NCBI GenBank assembly: GCA_944390455.1
Contig: CALXPU010000005.1
Location: 9,252 to 73,251, forward strand
Direction: 5' to 3'
DNA: 64,000 nt
DNA from: an uncultured Alphaproteobacteria bacterium
GTDB taxonomy: Bacteria; Pseudomonadota; Alphaproteobacteria; RF32; CAG-239
Part shown: positions 53,012-63,642 of the stretch, in pieces
Layout: the number at the start of each line of letters is the position of its first letter
Numbering within the stretch: position 1 is the stretch's first letter
Notes under the pieces: generated by a model
The model's database searches: none
Told to the model about the DNA's origin: nothing
The model's input: only the letters and a program-made list of their open reading frames with translations
Made by a program: the position numbers and the translations under genes

Positions 53012-53725
53012 TTATTTTTCTCCAGATAATCTCTTATTAAAATATTCTTTGAAATCATCATAACTACGCGAACCTCTAATTAGTTCTTTTCCATCTTTTC
53101 CTGTAACGATAAAAGATGGCGTTCCTTCAATTTCAAAAGTTTTAAGAGCACTGTCAAATGTCAATAATATATCGCTAGTTAACTTTTTATCATCATCACA
53201 TTTTTGTATTTCTGCATCACTCATCCCCATTTCTTTGGCATATTTATTTAACGCCTCTTTTTTACCTGAGTAGAACCAATCTTTCTTCTTGTATAGTGTT
53301 GTTATAAATTCTTCATATTTTTCTGGAGGCAAACAATATGATAGCTTAGCTGCTCTCATTGAAACAGCGTCTATTGGGAAATGTATAAAGACAAATTTTA
53401 ATTTTCCGGTGTCAATAAAATCTCTTCTAACTTTAGGTAATATGTAATTATGAAAATCACTGCAGTGGGAACATGCCATAGAGGAAAAAGCATACATTGT
53501 TAATGGCGCATTTTCCTTTCCTTCTATACGCATTTGAGAAGCGCTTAGCTGAATATCTCCACTGACCTTTTCTGAAAATTCTGTTTTTGCTTGCGCCGTA
53601 TTAGATAACACGGGAGTACCATCTTTAAAAACGAATCCTTTAGCATTTAGATATCCATATGCACACATAATATAAACAACAATTAATGCCAAAGCGCGAC
53701 TTATTCGTTTGATTATTTTCAACAT
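53012..53725 (-). CDS. DsbA-family periplasmic thiol:disulfide oxidoreductase
   Basis: N-terminal transmembrane or signal region, a thioredoxin-fold active site CSHCSDF, and a DsbA-like length of 237 aa. Confidence 0.7.
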   Translation of the reverse strand: MLKIIKRISRALALIVVYIMCAYGYLNAKGFVFKDGTPVLSNTAQAKTEFSEKVSGDIQLSASQMRIEGKENAPLTMYAFSSMACSHCSDFHNYILPKVRRDFIDTGKLKFVFIHFPIDAVSMRAAKLSYCLPPEKYEEFITTLYKKKDWFYSGKKEALNKYAKEMGMSDAEIQKCDDDKKLTSDILLTFDSALKTFEIEGTPSFIVTGKDGKELIRGSRSYDDFKEYFNKRLSGEK

Positions 53726-53730
53726 TTCAT

Positions 53731-54246
53731 TTACCCCCGATTTGATATAATTACACTTTCACCTAATTTTGTTAAAATTTCCTTTAATTTCTCGTCTTTT
53801 ATATCTCCAACAACCTCATCCATATATTTTTTTTCATCATCATTAAGTTTTATCTCTTCCTTTTCTTTTTTTATCGGTTTAATCTGTGGTTTTAATTGAA
53901 TATTCTGACTAATATTGACTTTGTGTACAGCTTTATATCCGAAATATGCATTTAATTTTTCTAGCAGATATTCTTCTTTATGCTGCATTTCCAGTGCAAA
54001 ACCTCCTACAGGCACTTCTATATACAGAGTTCGAATATTTTCTCTATGGTTATATTTTACTTTTATCGGATAAGCAAAAGATGCTATCTCTTGCCCAACA
54101 ATATCTCGCCAATTTAACAAGATATCAGCCTCAACAAAATCCTCTGCAGACATGATGTCTTTAACCAACGGGACAAATATACTCCCTAAACTTTCCAATT
54201 CTTTGCAGTGTGGCTCTTCGGATATATGTATCTGGACTTTTTTCAT
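53731..54246 (-). CDS. DUF721/DciA-like protein (putative replicative helicase operation factor)
   Basis: 171 aa. The pattern is DciA/DUF721-like (ILLNWRDIVGQEIASFAYPIKVKYNHRENIRTLYIEVPVGGFALEMQ) with a K/E-rich tail. The gene lies upstream of xerD. Confidence 0.4.
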   Translation of the reverse strand: MKKVQIHISEEPHCKELESLGSIFVPLVKDIMSAEDFVEADILLNWRDIVGQEIASFAYPIKVKYNHRENIRTLYIEVPVGGFALEMQHKEEYLLEKLNAYFGYKAVHKVNISQNIQLKPQIKPIKKEKEEIKLNDDEKKYMDEVVGDIKDEKLKEILTKLGESVIISNRG

Positions 54247-54250
54247 ATTA

Positions 54251-55159
54251 TTATTCGTTTTCTTTTTGTTGTTGAGTTAAGGGATGGCGTTTTTTTACCT
54301 CATCCACCAATCTTTCTGTTGTAATATGGGTATATATCTCCGTTGTTACGATATTTTCGTGTCCGAGCATTTTTTGAATAGAGCGTAAATCTGCGCTATT
54401 GTTCACTAGTCTTGTAGCAAATGAATGTCTTAGAATATGCGGATGAACCTTTTCAGGAGAGATTCCAGCTTTTGCTGCCAATTTTTTTAAGCTCTTAAAG
54501 AATCCATCTCTTGTTATATGACCTGATAAAGACTTTTCCGATGGGAACATCCAACTACTTTTGCGATTGCCTATAAATTTATTTCGAACTTCCAAATATT
54601 CCAGCACATCACTTATTACTTCTTTAGTAACAGGCACTATTCGTTCTTTACTACCTTTTCCACATATTAATATCTGGCGCATATCATAATTGATGGCATT
54701 TTCAGGAAGAGCCACCAACTCTGACACTCTTAATCCAGAAGAATACATTAATTTGACCATTACATGCATTCGCATGAAAGAAAAAGTTTTTTTTGATTTT
54801 GCCACCGCACAAATCTTTTTAATTTCTTTTGCAGTCAGAAAATATGGAAGACTTTTGCCTACTTTGGGAGTTCTTAACTTATTTGCCGGACTTTCTTTTA
54901 TAATATTTTCACTCTGTAAAAATTTAAAAAACTCTCGTATACACGATATTTTTCGAGAAAGTGTCTTTGGTGTATTTCCGGTTTCTTTCAGTTCTTTCAG
55001 ATATTGTTCAATATCCTCGGTAGTAATATTTTCAACATTTTGTTGTATAACTGATGATAAGAACTGCTTTATGTCATTTTTGTAAGCTCTAAGAGTATTA
55101 AGGGCCGCGCCTTCCTCCACAGCTTTCGCATCTAAAAATTCATCTATGTAGTCTCTCAT
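54251..55159 (-). CDS. xerD: Tyrosine site-specific recombinase XerD/XerC
   Basis: 302 aa. The catalytic C-terminus HPHILRHSFATRLVNNSADLRSIQKMLGHENIVTTEIYTHI (R-H-R-Y pattern), plus an N-terminal core-binding domain. Confidence 0.85.
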   Translation of the reverse strand: MRDYIDEFLDAKAVEEGAALNTLRAYKNDIKQFLSSVIQQNVENITTEDIEQYLKELKETGNTPKTLSRKISCIREFFKFLQSENIIKESPANKLRTPKVGKSLPYFLTAKEIKKICAVAKSKKTFSFMRMHVMVKLMYSSGLRVSELVALPENAINYDMRQILICGKGSKERIVPVTKEVISDVLEYLEVRNKFIGNRKSSWMFPSEKSLSGHITRDGFFKSLKKLAAKAGISPEKVHPHILRHSFATRLVNNSADLRSIQKMLGHENIVTTEIYTHITTERLVDEVKKRHPLTQQQKENE

Positions 55160-55403
55160 TTGCTAAGCTTTAATTCCACATTGGTTTCTACGCGTTGTTG
55201 TTCTGGTGTTATATCTTTACATGCTGTATATGCTATTCCCAAAACCACGACACCTAAAATCAAATATAGAATATATTTATTATTTCTATTTTTCATCTTT
55301 CTCTCCCTTAATAAATACCAGCTTTTCAAATTTCGTTAAATAGATATTGATTATTATTATTATCAATATATCCTTGATTGTAAAGTGTGAATAATAATTT
55401 TTT

Positions 55404-55973
55404 ATGAAGAATAATATGACAACAGTTAATAAAATTATATTGCTCGTCGGTCTTATCGGAAGCGGTAAGACAAGTGTCGGTAAAAGACTTGCAAAAAAAT
55501 TAGGTCTTCCTTTTATTGATGGGGATCAGGAAATTGAAAAAGCTGCAGGTCTTTCCGTTATAGACGTTTTTAAGTGTTTTGGAGTTGAAGAATATAGAGC
55601 CGGAGAAGAAAGAATAATGAAAAGGCTCTTATCTGGTTCACCATGTGTTTTAGCTTCTGGTGGCGGAGCTTTTGTTGCTGATCAAACGAGAGCTTTGGCT
55701 AAAAAAAACGCACTAACAATTTGGCTTAAAGCTGATATTGATGTTTTATACAGTCGTACAGCCGGCCGAAAAAGGCGCCCCTTTTTACAATGCAGCGACT
55801 CTAAAATTAAAAGTAAACTACAAACTTATATTGATGAGGAATATCCTTATTATTCCGAGGCTGATATTATGGTTGAAACAAAAAATGAAGCCGTAGATTG
55901 CACTGTTGGACGCGTTATGAAAGCTATTGAAGCTTATTTGAACGATAAAACTAGAGAAAAGGATGCTTTATGA
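55404..55973 (+). CDS. aroK: Shikimate kinase
   Basis: P-loop LIGSGKTSVGKRLAKKLGLPFIDGD and a small kinase-sized protein of 189 aa. Confidence 0.85.
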   Translation: MKNNMTTVNKIILLVGLIGSGKTSVGKRLAKKLGLPFIDGDQEIEKAAGLSVIDVFKCFGVEEYRAGEERIMKRLLSGSPCVLASGGGAFVADQTRALAKKNALTIWLKADIDVLYSRTAGRKRRPFLQCSDSKIKSKLQTYIDEEYPYYSEADIMVETKNEAVDCTVGRVMKAIEAYLNDKTREKDAL

Positions 55974-56689
55974 GAACATTAAATCGTCTTCCAGATGAAC
56001 TTAGATCTGTTGAAATTATCCCTAATTTTAATCCTTATGCGGAAGGATCTTGTCTTATTAAATGTGGCAATACTCATGTTATATGTACCGCTACAGTTGA
56101 TGAAAAAGTTCCTTTATGGCTTAAGAACGAAGAGAGAGGTTGGATTACCGCTGAATATGCTCTTTTACCAAGAGCAACTTCAACTCGTGTATCTCGTGAA
56201 ACGCATGGCGTTGGTGGGAGAACTCATGAAATTCAACGTTTGATTGGACGTTCTTTACGTTCCGTTGTTGATTTATCCGTTTTAAAAGGATTTTCTATTT
56301 TAATTGACTGCGATGTTATTCAAGCAGATGGTGGTACAAGAACAGCATCCATCACAGGAAGTTTTGTTGCTCTTTATATTGCTCTTTCTAAGATGGTTAA
56401 AGAAGGAAAGCTTCCGTATAACCCTATTCGGGAATTTGTTGCGGCAATTTCTGCGGGGATTTGTCATGGTGAATTTTTGCTAGACTTAGAATATATTGAA
56501 GACTCTTCTGCTCAGGTTGATGCAAATTTTGTTTTAACTGAAAGTGGAAAAATTGTTGAAATTCAAGGCACTGCCGAGGGAGAACCTTTTTCTCAAGATG
56601 ATTATGCTCATTTGATGGCGCTTGCTCAAAAAGGTGTTGAAGTATTAATTCACAAACAAAAAGAGGCTCTGAAGAATGTTAAAATATAA
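55970..56689 (+). CDS. rph: Ribonuclease PH
   Basis: 239 aa with the sequences GGTRTASITGSFVAL and DCDVIQADGG. The start overlaps the aroK stop. Confidence 0.9.
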   Translation: MRTLNRLPDELRSVEIIPNFNPYAEGSCLIKCGNTHVICTATVDEKVPLWLKNEERGWITAEYALLPRATSTRVSRETHGVGGRTHEIQRLIGRSLRSVVDLSVLKGFSILIDCDVIQADGGTRTASITGSFVALYIALSKMVKEGKLPYNPIREFVAAISAGICHGEFLLDLEYIEDSSAQVDANFVLTESGKIVEIQGTAEGEPFSQDDYAHLMALAQKGVEVLIHKQKEALKNVKI

Positions 56690-57278
56690 AGAAATAATTT
56701 TTGCAAGTCACAATCAGGGAAAAATTGCTGAAATTCGTGAACTTTTAGCTCCTTACGGCGTTAAAGTTTTATCTGCGCGAGACTTAGATTTACCTGATGT
56801 TGAAGAAACAGGAAAAACGTTTGAAGAAAATGCTTATATTAAAGCTCTAGCTGCAGCTAAAGCTCAAAACATCCCTTGTTTTGCGGATGATTCAGGATTA
56901 TGCGTTGATGCCATTGGCGGAAGACCAGGTGTGTACACTGCTCGTTACGCTCCGAATCGAGATTTTAATCTTGGTATGGATAAATTATTAAAAGAATTGG
57001 ATGAAACAAATTCCAAGAACAGAGCTGCTCATTTTTCTTGCGTTATCGTTTTTGCACAACCAGATGGCTCTTACAAATCTTTTGAAGGCAGAGTTGACGG
57101 AAATATTGCTTTATCTAAAACAGGCTCTGCCGGCTTCGGATATGATCCTATTTTTATTCCGACTGGATTTTCACGTTCCTTTGCAGAATTCTCCAGTGAA
57201 GAAAAAAACAAGATTTCACATCGTGGCCGAGCTTTACAGAAATTTGTTGCCTATTTAATTGGAGAAAATGAAAATTAA
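56676..57278 (+). CDS. rdgB: Non-canonical purine NTP pyrophosphatase (RdgB/HAM1 family)
   Basis: 200 aa with the sequences IIFASHNQGKIAEI, FADDSGLCVDA and GFGYDPIF. Confidence 0.85.
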   Translation: MLKYKEIIFASHNQGKIAEIRELLAPYGVKVLSARDLDLPDVEETGKTFEENAYIKALAAAKAQNIPCFADDSGLCVDAIGGRPGVYTARYAPNRDFNLGMDKLLKELDETNSKNRAAHFSCVIVFAQPDGSYKSFEGRVDGNIALSKTGSAGFGYDPIFIPTGFSRSFAEFSSEEKNKISHRGRALQKFVAYLIGENEN

Positions 57279-60187
57279 TGCCTGCGACTTCTTCTCATCT
57301 TTTTAATATTCCGCTTAGCTGCTCCTTTTGGAACACATTGGCTAAACTCTATATTGATAAATATCAAGGTGATTATTTACAACTCGCTAATGTGCTTTTT
57401 TTGCTTCCTAATCGAAGAGCTTGTATCGACCTCGCTAATGCCTTTGTACGAATCCATGGCAGAGCTCCGGCTATTCTCCCCCAGATGCTCCCCATTGCTG
57501 ATATGGATGATGATGAGGTGTTTTTTAGCGGATTTAATCTTGATGAGATGTTTGATGCTGAAAATCAGACCATTAGTCGCGATGAAAGGCTCTTTTTATT
57601 CACACGTTTAATTATGTCAAAGCCGTCTGATTTCGGACTGAAACAAATTTCTTTGGCTCAAGCTCTTAATCTGGCTATTGATTTGGCTAAATTAATAGAT
57701 ACTGCTATCAATCAAGGTTTGTCTTTTGACAAGTTACAAGATTTAGTGCCTGAAAAATACGCAACTCACTGGCAAGAAACTCTTAAATTACTTAAAATTA
57801 TTACAGAATTCTGGCCAATGATTTTAAAAGAAAGAGATGCTGTTGATGCTTGTACTCTCAAAAACTCACTGTTATTTAAACAAGCTCAAATTTGGGAAAA
57901 GAATCCTATATCTCAAAATATTGTGGTTGCTGGCGTTACGGCTAGTTTTCCGGCGATTATATCTCTTTTAAAAAGTATTATAAATTTACCTAATGGTGAA
58001 ATTTATTTTTCTGGAATTGATCGCTTTGCAAATCAAGCCTATTGGGACGCTGTAGATGAAACGCATCCACTTTTTGAAACCAAATCTCTTTTAGAATTAT
58101 TAGAAATATCTCCGCAAGATGTTATTGATGTTTTATCGCCAAGTTTGCCTGAGCGAGAACAACTTATCTCAGAAATTATGCGCCCCGCACCTGTTTCTGA
58201 TGAATGGCGAAGAATTTACGGCTCTTTTGATTTAGATAAAGCTATCAGTGGGATTTCTGTTATTAATTGCCGCTCTCAACGAGATGAAGCGTTAGCTATT
58301 GCTCTAAAAATGCGCGAAGTTCTAAACACGCCGGAAAGGACTGCCGCACTCATTACATATGATAGAAATTTGGCTCGTCGTGTCGCTTCTGAATTAGAGC
58401 GTTTTGAGATAAAAATTGATGACTCTGCCGGACTGCCGCTTTCCTTAACATCTATTGGTATATTTTTCCGTTTATTAGCAGAAGCGGCCGGTAATATGGA
58501 ATCGGATATTGCTTTTATTACCTTATTAAAGCATCCGTTTATGTTGGTCGGAATGAATGCTTCTGATTTCAGGAGTATGGTTTACACTTACGAAACAGCT
58601 TTGCGACAATCTCAGATACAAGGCCTTTCTGAAGAAAGTTCTCGTTTTGTAAAAAGGATTAAAGATATACTGTCAGATTTTGCTTTATATTTAGAAAATC
58701 CTTCAATTTCCTTTAAAGAAATTCTGGAAAAACATATCACATTGGCTGAGGTGTGTGCTACTTCGGATGCTCTTGCAGGAAGTTCCGTATTATGGAAAGG
58801 CGATGCCGGTAAAACTGCTGCAAAATTTTTCACTCAATTATTATCTTCCTCTGAAACATTAGGAAATATTAATGGGCAAGACTACTTGCCATTGTTGTGT
58901 GAATTAATGGGGCTAGAAAGCGTTAGAGCCAGATATGGAACACACCCTCGTTTAAGTATTCTTGGTCCGATTGAAGCTAGATTGCATCATTTTGATACGG
59001 TTATTCTTGGTGAAGTGAATGAGGGTATTTGGCCGAAACCTGCACAGGCTGATATGTGGATGTCTAGACCTATGAAAAAAGATTTTGGCTTTAGTTTACC
59101 GGAAAAAGCTATCGGTATTCTCGGAGCTGATTTATGTGGCTTTTTAGCTGTACCTCAGGTTGTTATTACACGAGCTGACAGAGTAGATGGCGTGCCAATG
59201 AAAAAATCTCGTTGGTTGCTCCGATTTGAAACGGTTTTAAAAGCTATGCAATCTGATATTTTAAAAATTACTGATACTGGATTTTCGTCTTTAGCGAATC
59301 GACTTGATAAACCTAACGCATATACCCCTATAAAAGCGCCGGCTCCCTGCCCACCGCTTTTTGCTCGTCCTCGACGTTTATCAGCCAGTGGTGTTGATCT
59401 GCTTATTCAAGATCCCTACTCTGTTTTTGCTAAATATATCTTAAAACTTTATCCTCTTGATGATTTAGACCAAGAAAAAGACCAGAGAGATTATGGTACG
59501 CTTATTCATGCCATTATTGAAGATTTTAATAATATGTATCCAGCTGAACTTCCAGAGAATCCTTTAGATGTTTTAATCACTTTGGGTAAAAAATACTTTG
59601 ATGATTTTGATATTTCTCCTGATTTAGAAGCATTTTGGTGGCCTAAATTTTTGAAAACAGCTGAATGGATTATTCAACAAGAGAAAGATTATCGTCATTC
59701 GGTTAAATTGGTTCATAATGAAATAAAAGGTGAAATTAGCTATAATCTCCCAAATGGTCCTTTTACATTTACTGCTAAAGCTGACCGTATTGACGAACTA
59801 AAAGATGGTTGTTTGAATATTCTTGATTATAAAACAGGGAAAATTCCCTCATCAAAAGAAGTGCAAAGTGGTCATGCCTTGCAGCTCCCTTTAGAGGGGC
59901 TTATCGCTTCTAAAGGTCATTTTGAAACTATTGCCAATACGAATGTTCAAAAATTAATTTATTGGCAATTGGGTAATTCCGTCTTGGAAATAACACCTCA
60001 AAATGATGATATTTTGCAACGCACGGAAGAGTATCTCTTAAAATTAGTTGAAACTTTTGATTTTGAAACTACTCCTTATCATTCTCGCCCTATTCCAAAA
60101 TTTATTCCGAAAAATAGCGACTATGAACATTTGGCGCGTATCAGAGAGTGGTCGGTTCAAGAAGACGGAGAAAGCAATGAAAACTAA
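57278..60187 (+). CDS. addB: Double-strand break repair protein AddB (alphaproteobacterial type)
   Basis: 969 aa. It lies immediately upstream of, and overlaps, the UvrD-like addA gene. It has a C-terminal PD-(D/E)XK-like region (DRIDELKDG...LDYKTGK). Confidence 0.75.
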   Translation: MPATSSHLFNIPLSCSFWNTLAKLYIDKYQGDYLQLANVLFLLPNRRACIDLANAFVRIHGRAPAILPQMLPIADMDDDEVFFSGFNLDEMFDAENQTISRDERLFLFTRLIMSKPSDFGLKQISLAQALNLAIDLAKLIDTAINQGLSFDKLQDLVPEKYATHWQETLKLLKIITEFWPMILKERDAVDACTLKNSLLFKQAQIWEKNPISQNIVVAGVTASFPAIISLLKSIINLPNGEIYFSGIDRFANQAYWDAVDETHPLFETKSLLELLEISPQDVIDVLSPSLPEREQLISEIMRPAPVSDEWRRIYGSFDLDKAISGISVINCRSQRDEALAIALKMREVLNTPERTAALITYDRNLARRVASELERFEIKIDDSAGLPLSLTSIGIFFRLLAEAAGNMESDIAFITLLKHPFMLVGMNASDFRSMVYTYETALRQSQIQGLSEESSRFVKRIKDILSDFALYLENPSISFKEILEKHITLAEVCATSDALAGSSVLWKGDAGKTAAKFFTQLLSSSETLGNINGQDYLPLLCELMGLESVRARYGTHPRLSILGPIEARLHHFDTVILGEVNEGIWPKPAQADMWMSRPMKKDFGFSLPEKAIGILGADLCGFLAVPQVVITRADRVDGVPMKKSRWLLRFETVLKAMQSDILKITDTGFSSLANRLDKPNAYTPIKAPAPCPPLFARPRRLSASGVDLLIQDPYSVFAKYILKLYPLDDLDQEKDQRDYGTLIHAIIEDFNNMYPAELPENPLDVLITLGKKYFDDFDISPDLEAFWWPKFLKTAEWIIQQEKDYRHSVKLVHNEIKGEISYNLPNGPFTFTAKADRIDELKDGCLNILDYKTGKIPSSKEVQSGHALQLPLEGLIASKGHFETIANTNVQKLIYWQLGNSVLEITPQNDDILQRTEEYLLKLVETFDFETTPYHSRPIPKFIPKNSDYEHLARIREWSVQEDGESNEN

Positions 60188-63100
60188 TATTGATATTGAA
60201 AAAGATAATTTATCTCAATTAGCAACCAAACAACAGTCTTCGGCTTCGAATCCTCTTAATTCTGTTTGGGTGGAAGCTTCGGCGGGAACAGGAAAAACAA
60301 AAGTTTTATCTGATAGAGTTTTACGCTTGTTACTCGCAAAAGTTAATCCAGCCAAAATTCTCTGTTTAACTTATACAAAAGCAGCAGCTGTTGAAATGAA
60401 CGAGCGTATTGCCAAAAGACTGAGTACTTGGGCGGTTGAAAGTGATGAGGAGTTATCTCATGAGTTAGATAAACTGCTTAATAACGATTACTCTTCAACC
60501 AACAAAGAGCAACTTCTAACTTTTGCTCGAACCTTGTTTGCTATCTTATTAGACACTCCCGGAGGAATGAAAATCCAGACCATTCACAGTTTCTGTCAGG
60601 ATATTCTTAAGCGCTTTCCTCTGGAGGCGGGCATCTCTCCGTATTTTGAAGTTATGGATGATAGGCGTTCTAAAGAGATTTTGCAAAATCTCAAAATTGA
60701 ACTTTTAAGACAGGCTGATATTGATGCGTCTAGTCCTTTAGCACAAGCAATTACATATTTAACACAGCATACGAGTGAATATAAATTCCCCGAAATTATG
60801 AATTTAATTACAGAGAATCGTAGCAAAATCGACAATTTGTTACTGAAATTTGACAATGATATAACTCGTATTATTCAGTTGTTGGAAGAGAAACTTGCCG
60901 TTAAAATTTCACTTGATGTTGAGGATATTCAACGAGATGTCCTCTCTTCTATTGATAAGGATAATTTAAAATTCGCTATTGATGCTTTTAATCAGGGAAG
61001 CAAAGAAGATTTGAAACGTGCTCAAGTTTTTGTAGAAATCGCTACAACCGAATTTTCTTCTTCACTATATGACAAGTATAAAAAACTTTTTTTAACGGAT
61101 AAAGGACAAATCAGAGCATCTTTAGCCACCAAAGCTATCATCACTAAATTTCCTGAAATTTTATCTTTTATGACTAATGAGGCCGATAAAATTCTTATCG
61201 CAGAGCAGCGAATCGCATCATTAAATGTCTTAAAATCTACCGCTGCCGTGCTCTATATCGCTCAATGTATTATTTCTCAGTATCGTGAATATAAAGAACT
61301 TTACGCTGCTCTTGATTATGAAGATTTGATTGTTATTACACGCCGTTTGCTTGAAGATAAATCTGTTGCCGATTGGGTATTGTTTAAACTTGATGGCGGA
61401 ATCGACCATATTTTAATTGATGAGGCGCAAGATACTTCTCCTTCTCAGTGGGCCATTGTTCGCGCATTAACACAAGAATTTTTTGCAGGCTTAGGCTCTT
61501 ATCAAGATGCTTTGCCACGCACCGTGTTTGTTGTGGGCGACAGAAAGCAATCTATTTACAGCTTCCAAGGTGCTGATCCTAACGAATTTGATAAAATGTA
61601 TCATTATTTTGATGAGAGAATCCATGATTTCAAAAAAGTACATCTTGATGTATCGTTTCGTTCTACAAAAGCTATTATGGATTGTGTTAATTTGCTTTTT
61701 GAAGTTAATACAGCCAAAAAAGGAGTGGTTCCAGACGGCGAACACATTAATCACCAGCCTTTTCGTTTAGGAGATGGCGGAAAAGTTGAAATTTTCCCGC
61801 TATTGCATCCGGAAGAAAATTCTTCAAAGGATAAATATAACTGGATCATTCCGATTAGTCGTGAGCAAAACTCCTCCGTCTCCAATATTCTTGCCAGACA
61901 AATTGCTCTAAATATAAAACAGATGGTCGAAAATAAAGAAATTCTGGCTTCAAAGAATCGTCCTATTCGGTATGGTGATTTTATGTTTCTCGTTCAACAG
62001 CGTAAAAGTTTTGTTGAAGAATTTGTTCGTGCATGTAAGGATATTGGCGTTAGTGTTGCAGGTGTTGATAAGCTTAAACTTTTAGAACAAATTGCCGTGC
62101 AAGATTTGATTTCTCTTGGTAAATTTCTTTTGTTGCCTACTGATGATTTATCTCTTGCAGAAGTGCTAAAATCTCCTATTTTTGGCCTTAATGACGACGA
62201 CTTATTTACTCTGTGCTTTAAAAGAGATGGGACTTTATTCAAAAATCTCTTAAAAAATTCTGATTATGCTTCTGTTGGAGAACAACTTAAATCTTTACTC
62301 AACTTGGTGGGATTTGTTCGTCCATTTGAATTATTTAATACTGTACTAGTACAACTTAAAGGGCGTTCTAACTTTGTTGCACGTATGGGAAGTGAGGTTG
62401 AGGATGTTTTAGATGAATTCTTAAATCTTGCTATAATTTTTGAACAAACGCATACACCTTCTCTTGAATCCTTTATTTCTTGGATTTTGCAAGATGAAGT
62501 TATTATTCAAAAAGAAATGGAACAAGGTGAAAGCGATACCGTTAAAATTATGACTGTTCACGGTTCCAAAGGTTTGCAAGCTCCTATTGTTATTTTAGCA
62601 GATACTACCAAAATTAAAAATAAATCCAGAAAAAGTGAATTTTTGTGGGATAAAGATGAGTTATTTTATTTTCCTCTTTCCGCCAGTTCTTATGACAATA
62701 ACTGCAATACAATAAAAAATGCAAATTTAGACGCTGATTTTGATGAATATCGTCGGTTATTGTATGTTGCCCTTACTCGAGCCGAAGATAGACTTTATAT
62801 TGCCGGTTTCACTAAAACAAAAGATGCAGATGAACAGTCTTGGTATAAACTTTTAGCTAATAATCTAACCTCAAACGTAACTCTTGCTGAAGGTGATAAA
62901 CGTATCGTTTATACCGTTCCTCAAGAAAATGTGGTTGAAGTAAAAAATAAAACTCCACAAGCGGTATCTATTGATGTTGATTATTCAACAATTTTAGCTC
63001 CTGCACCGATTGAGAATCCTTTGGCTAAGCCTTACACTCCATCTAAAGATACTGTAGATGAGGAAGAAATTGTTGCATCTCCTCTGGAAGAGCAAGGTAA

Positions 63101-63557
63101 TTTTTATAGGCGCGGTACTGTTATTCATAAATTACTGCAATACATTGGCGCTCTAAAAGAGAATCAACGAGAATTCGCTGCTTTTGAATTTTTGAAAAAA
63201 CATTTACCAGATTTTCCCGAATCTGAACACCGGCAAATTGTCACAGAGGTTATGAATTTATGTACCCGTTTTCCGGAACTATTTTCTGCAAACTCAAAGG
63301 CTGAAGTTCCTATTATTGGCGAAGTTGATGGAAAAATTATTTCAGCCAAAGTTGACCGGCTTCTTGTTCTATCTGATAAAGTTATTATTGTAGACTATAA
63401 GACGAATCGTCCGGCTGCAAAAACTTTAGCAGATGTTCCTGAAGCTTATTTTACTCAACTCCATTCTTATAAAGAATTAGTACAACGTATTTATCCGAAC
63501 AAACTTATTGAAACTTACTTGTTGTGGACTAATACTTGTAATATGATGAAAGTATAA
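60177..63557 (+). CDS. addA: Double-strand break repair helicase/nuclease AddA. The start is taken at MKTNIDIEK; the ORF-track N-terminal extension overlaps addB and is probably not translated.
   Basis: UvrD/Rep helicase motifs (Walker A ASAGTGKTKVL, DEAQDTSPSQW, VGDRKQSIYSFQGAD, VHGSKGLQAPIV) and a C-terminal RecB-like nuclease motif (VDRLLVLSDKVIIVDYKT). Confidence 0.85.
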   Translation: MKTNIDIEKDNLSQLATKQQSSASNPLNSVWVEASAGTGKTKVLSDRVLRLLLAKVNPAKILCLTYTKAAAVEMNERIAKRLSTWAVESDEELSHELDKLLNNDYSSTNKEQLLTFARTLFAILLDTPGGMKIQTIHSFCQDILKRFPLEAGISPYFEVMDDRRSKEILQNLKIELLRQADIDASSPLAQAITYLTQHTSEYKFPEIMNLITENRSKIDNLLLKFDNDITRIIQLLEEKLAVKISLDVEDIQRDVLSSIDKDNLKFAIDAFNQGSKEDLKRAQVFVEIATTEFSSSLYDKYKKLFLTDKGQIRASLATKAIITKFPEILSFMTNEADKILIAEQRIASLNVLKSTAAVLYIAQCIISQYREYKELYAALDYEDLIVITRRLLEDKSVADWVLFKLDGGIDHILIDEAQDTSPSQWAIVRALTQEFFAGLGSYQDALPRTVFVVGDRKQSIYSFQGADPNEFDKMYHYFDERIHDFKKVHLDVSFRSTKAIMDCVNLLFEVNTAKKGVVPDGEHINHQPFRLGDGGKVEIFPLLHPEENSSKDKYNWIIPISREQNSSVSNILARQIALNIKQMVENKEILASKNRPIRYGDFMFLVQQRKSFVEEFVRACKDIGVSVAGVDKLKLLEQIAVQDLISLGKFLLLPTDDLSLAEVLKSPIFGLNDDDLFTLCFKRDGTLFKNLLKNSDYASVGEQLKSLLNLVGFVRPFELFNTVLVQLKGRSNFVARMGSEVEDVLDEFLNLAIIFEQTHTPSLESFISWILQDEVIIQKEMEQGESDTVKIMTVHGSKGLQAPIVILADTTKIKNKSRKSEFLWDKDELFYFPLSASSYDNNCNTIKNANLDADFDEYRRLLYVALTRAEDRLYIAGFTKTKDADEQSWYKLLANNLTSNVTLAEGDKRIVYTVPQENVVEVKNKTPQAVSIDVDYSTILAPAPIENPLAKPYTPSKDTVDEEEIVASPLEEQGNFYRRGTVIHKLLQYIGALKENQREFAAFEFLKKHLPDFPESEHRQIVTEVMNLCTRFPELFSANSKAEVPIIGEVDGKIISAKVDRLLVLSDKVIIVDYKTNRPAAKTLADVPEAYFTQLHSYKELVQRIYPNKLIETYLLWTNTCNMMKV

Positions 63558-63642
63558 AACTTTATATTATTATGTAGATATATCTTTAATATTTGAGTGA
63601 TATAAACTATATTAATATTAGTAAATATTTATTGCGAAAGGG

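Noticed and set aside
54251-55159. Tyrosine recombinase as a marker of an integrative element
   Set aside because: The sequence and context (next to a DciA-like gene, aroK and rph, with no attachment-site repeats or tRNA) fit housekeeping XerD for dimer resolution rather than a phage or ICE integrase.
57354-57611. Small ORFs nested in addB, addA, dnaN and recF (e.g. 1157..1345, 2476..2670, 57354..57611, 61491..61770)
   Set aside because: They overlap conserved housekeeping CDSs in alternative frames and have no independent support.
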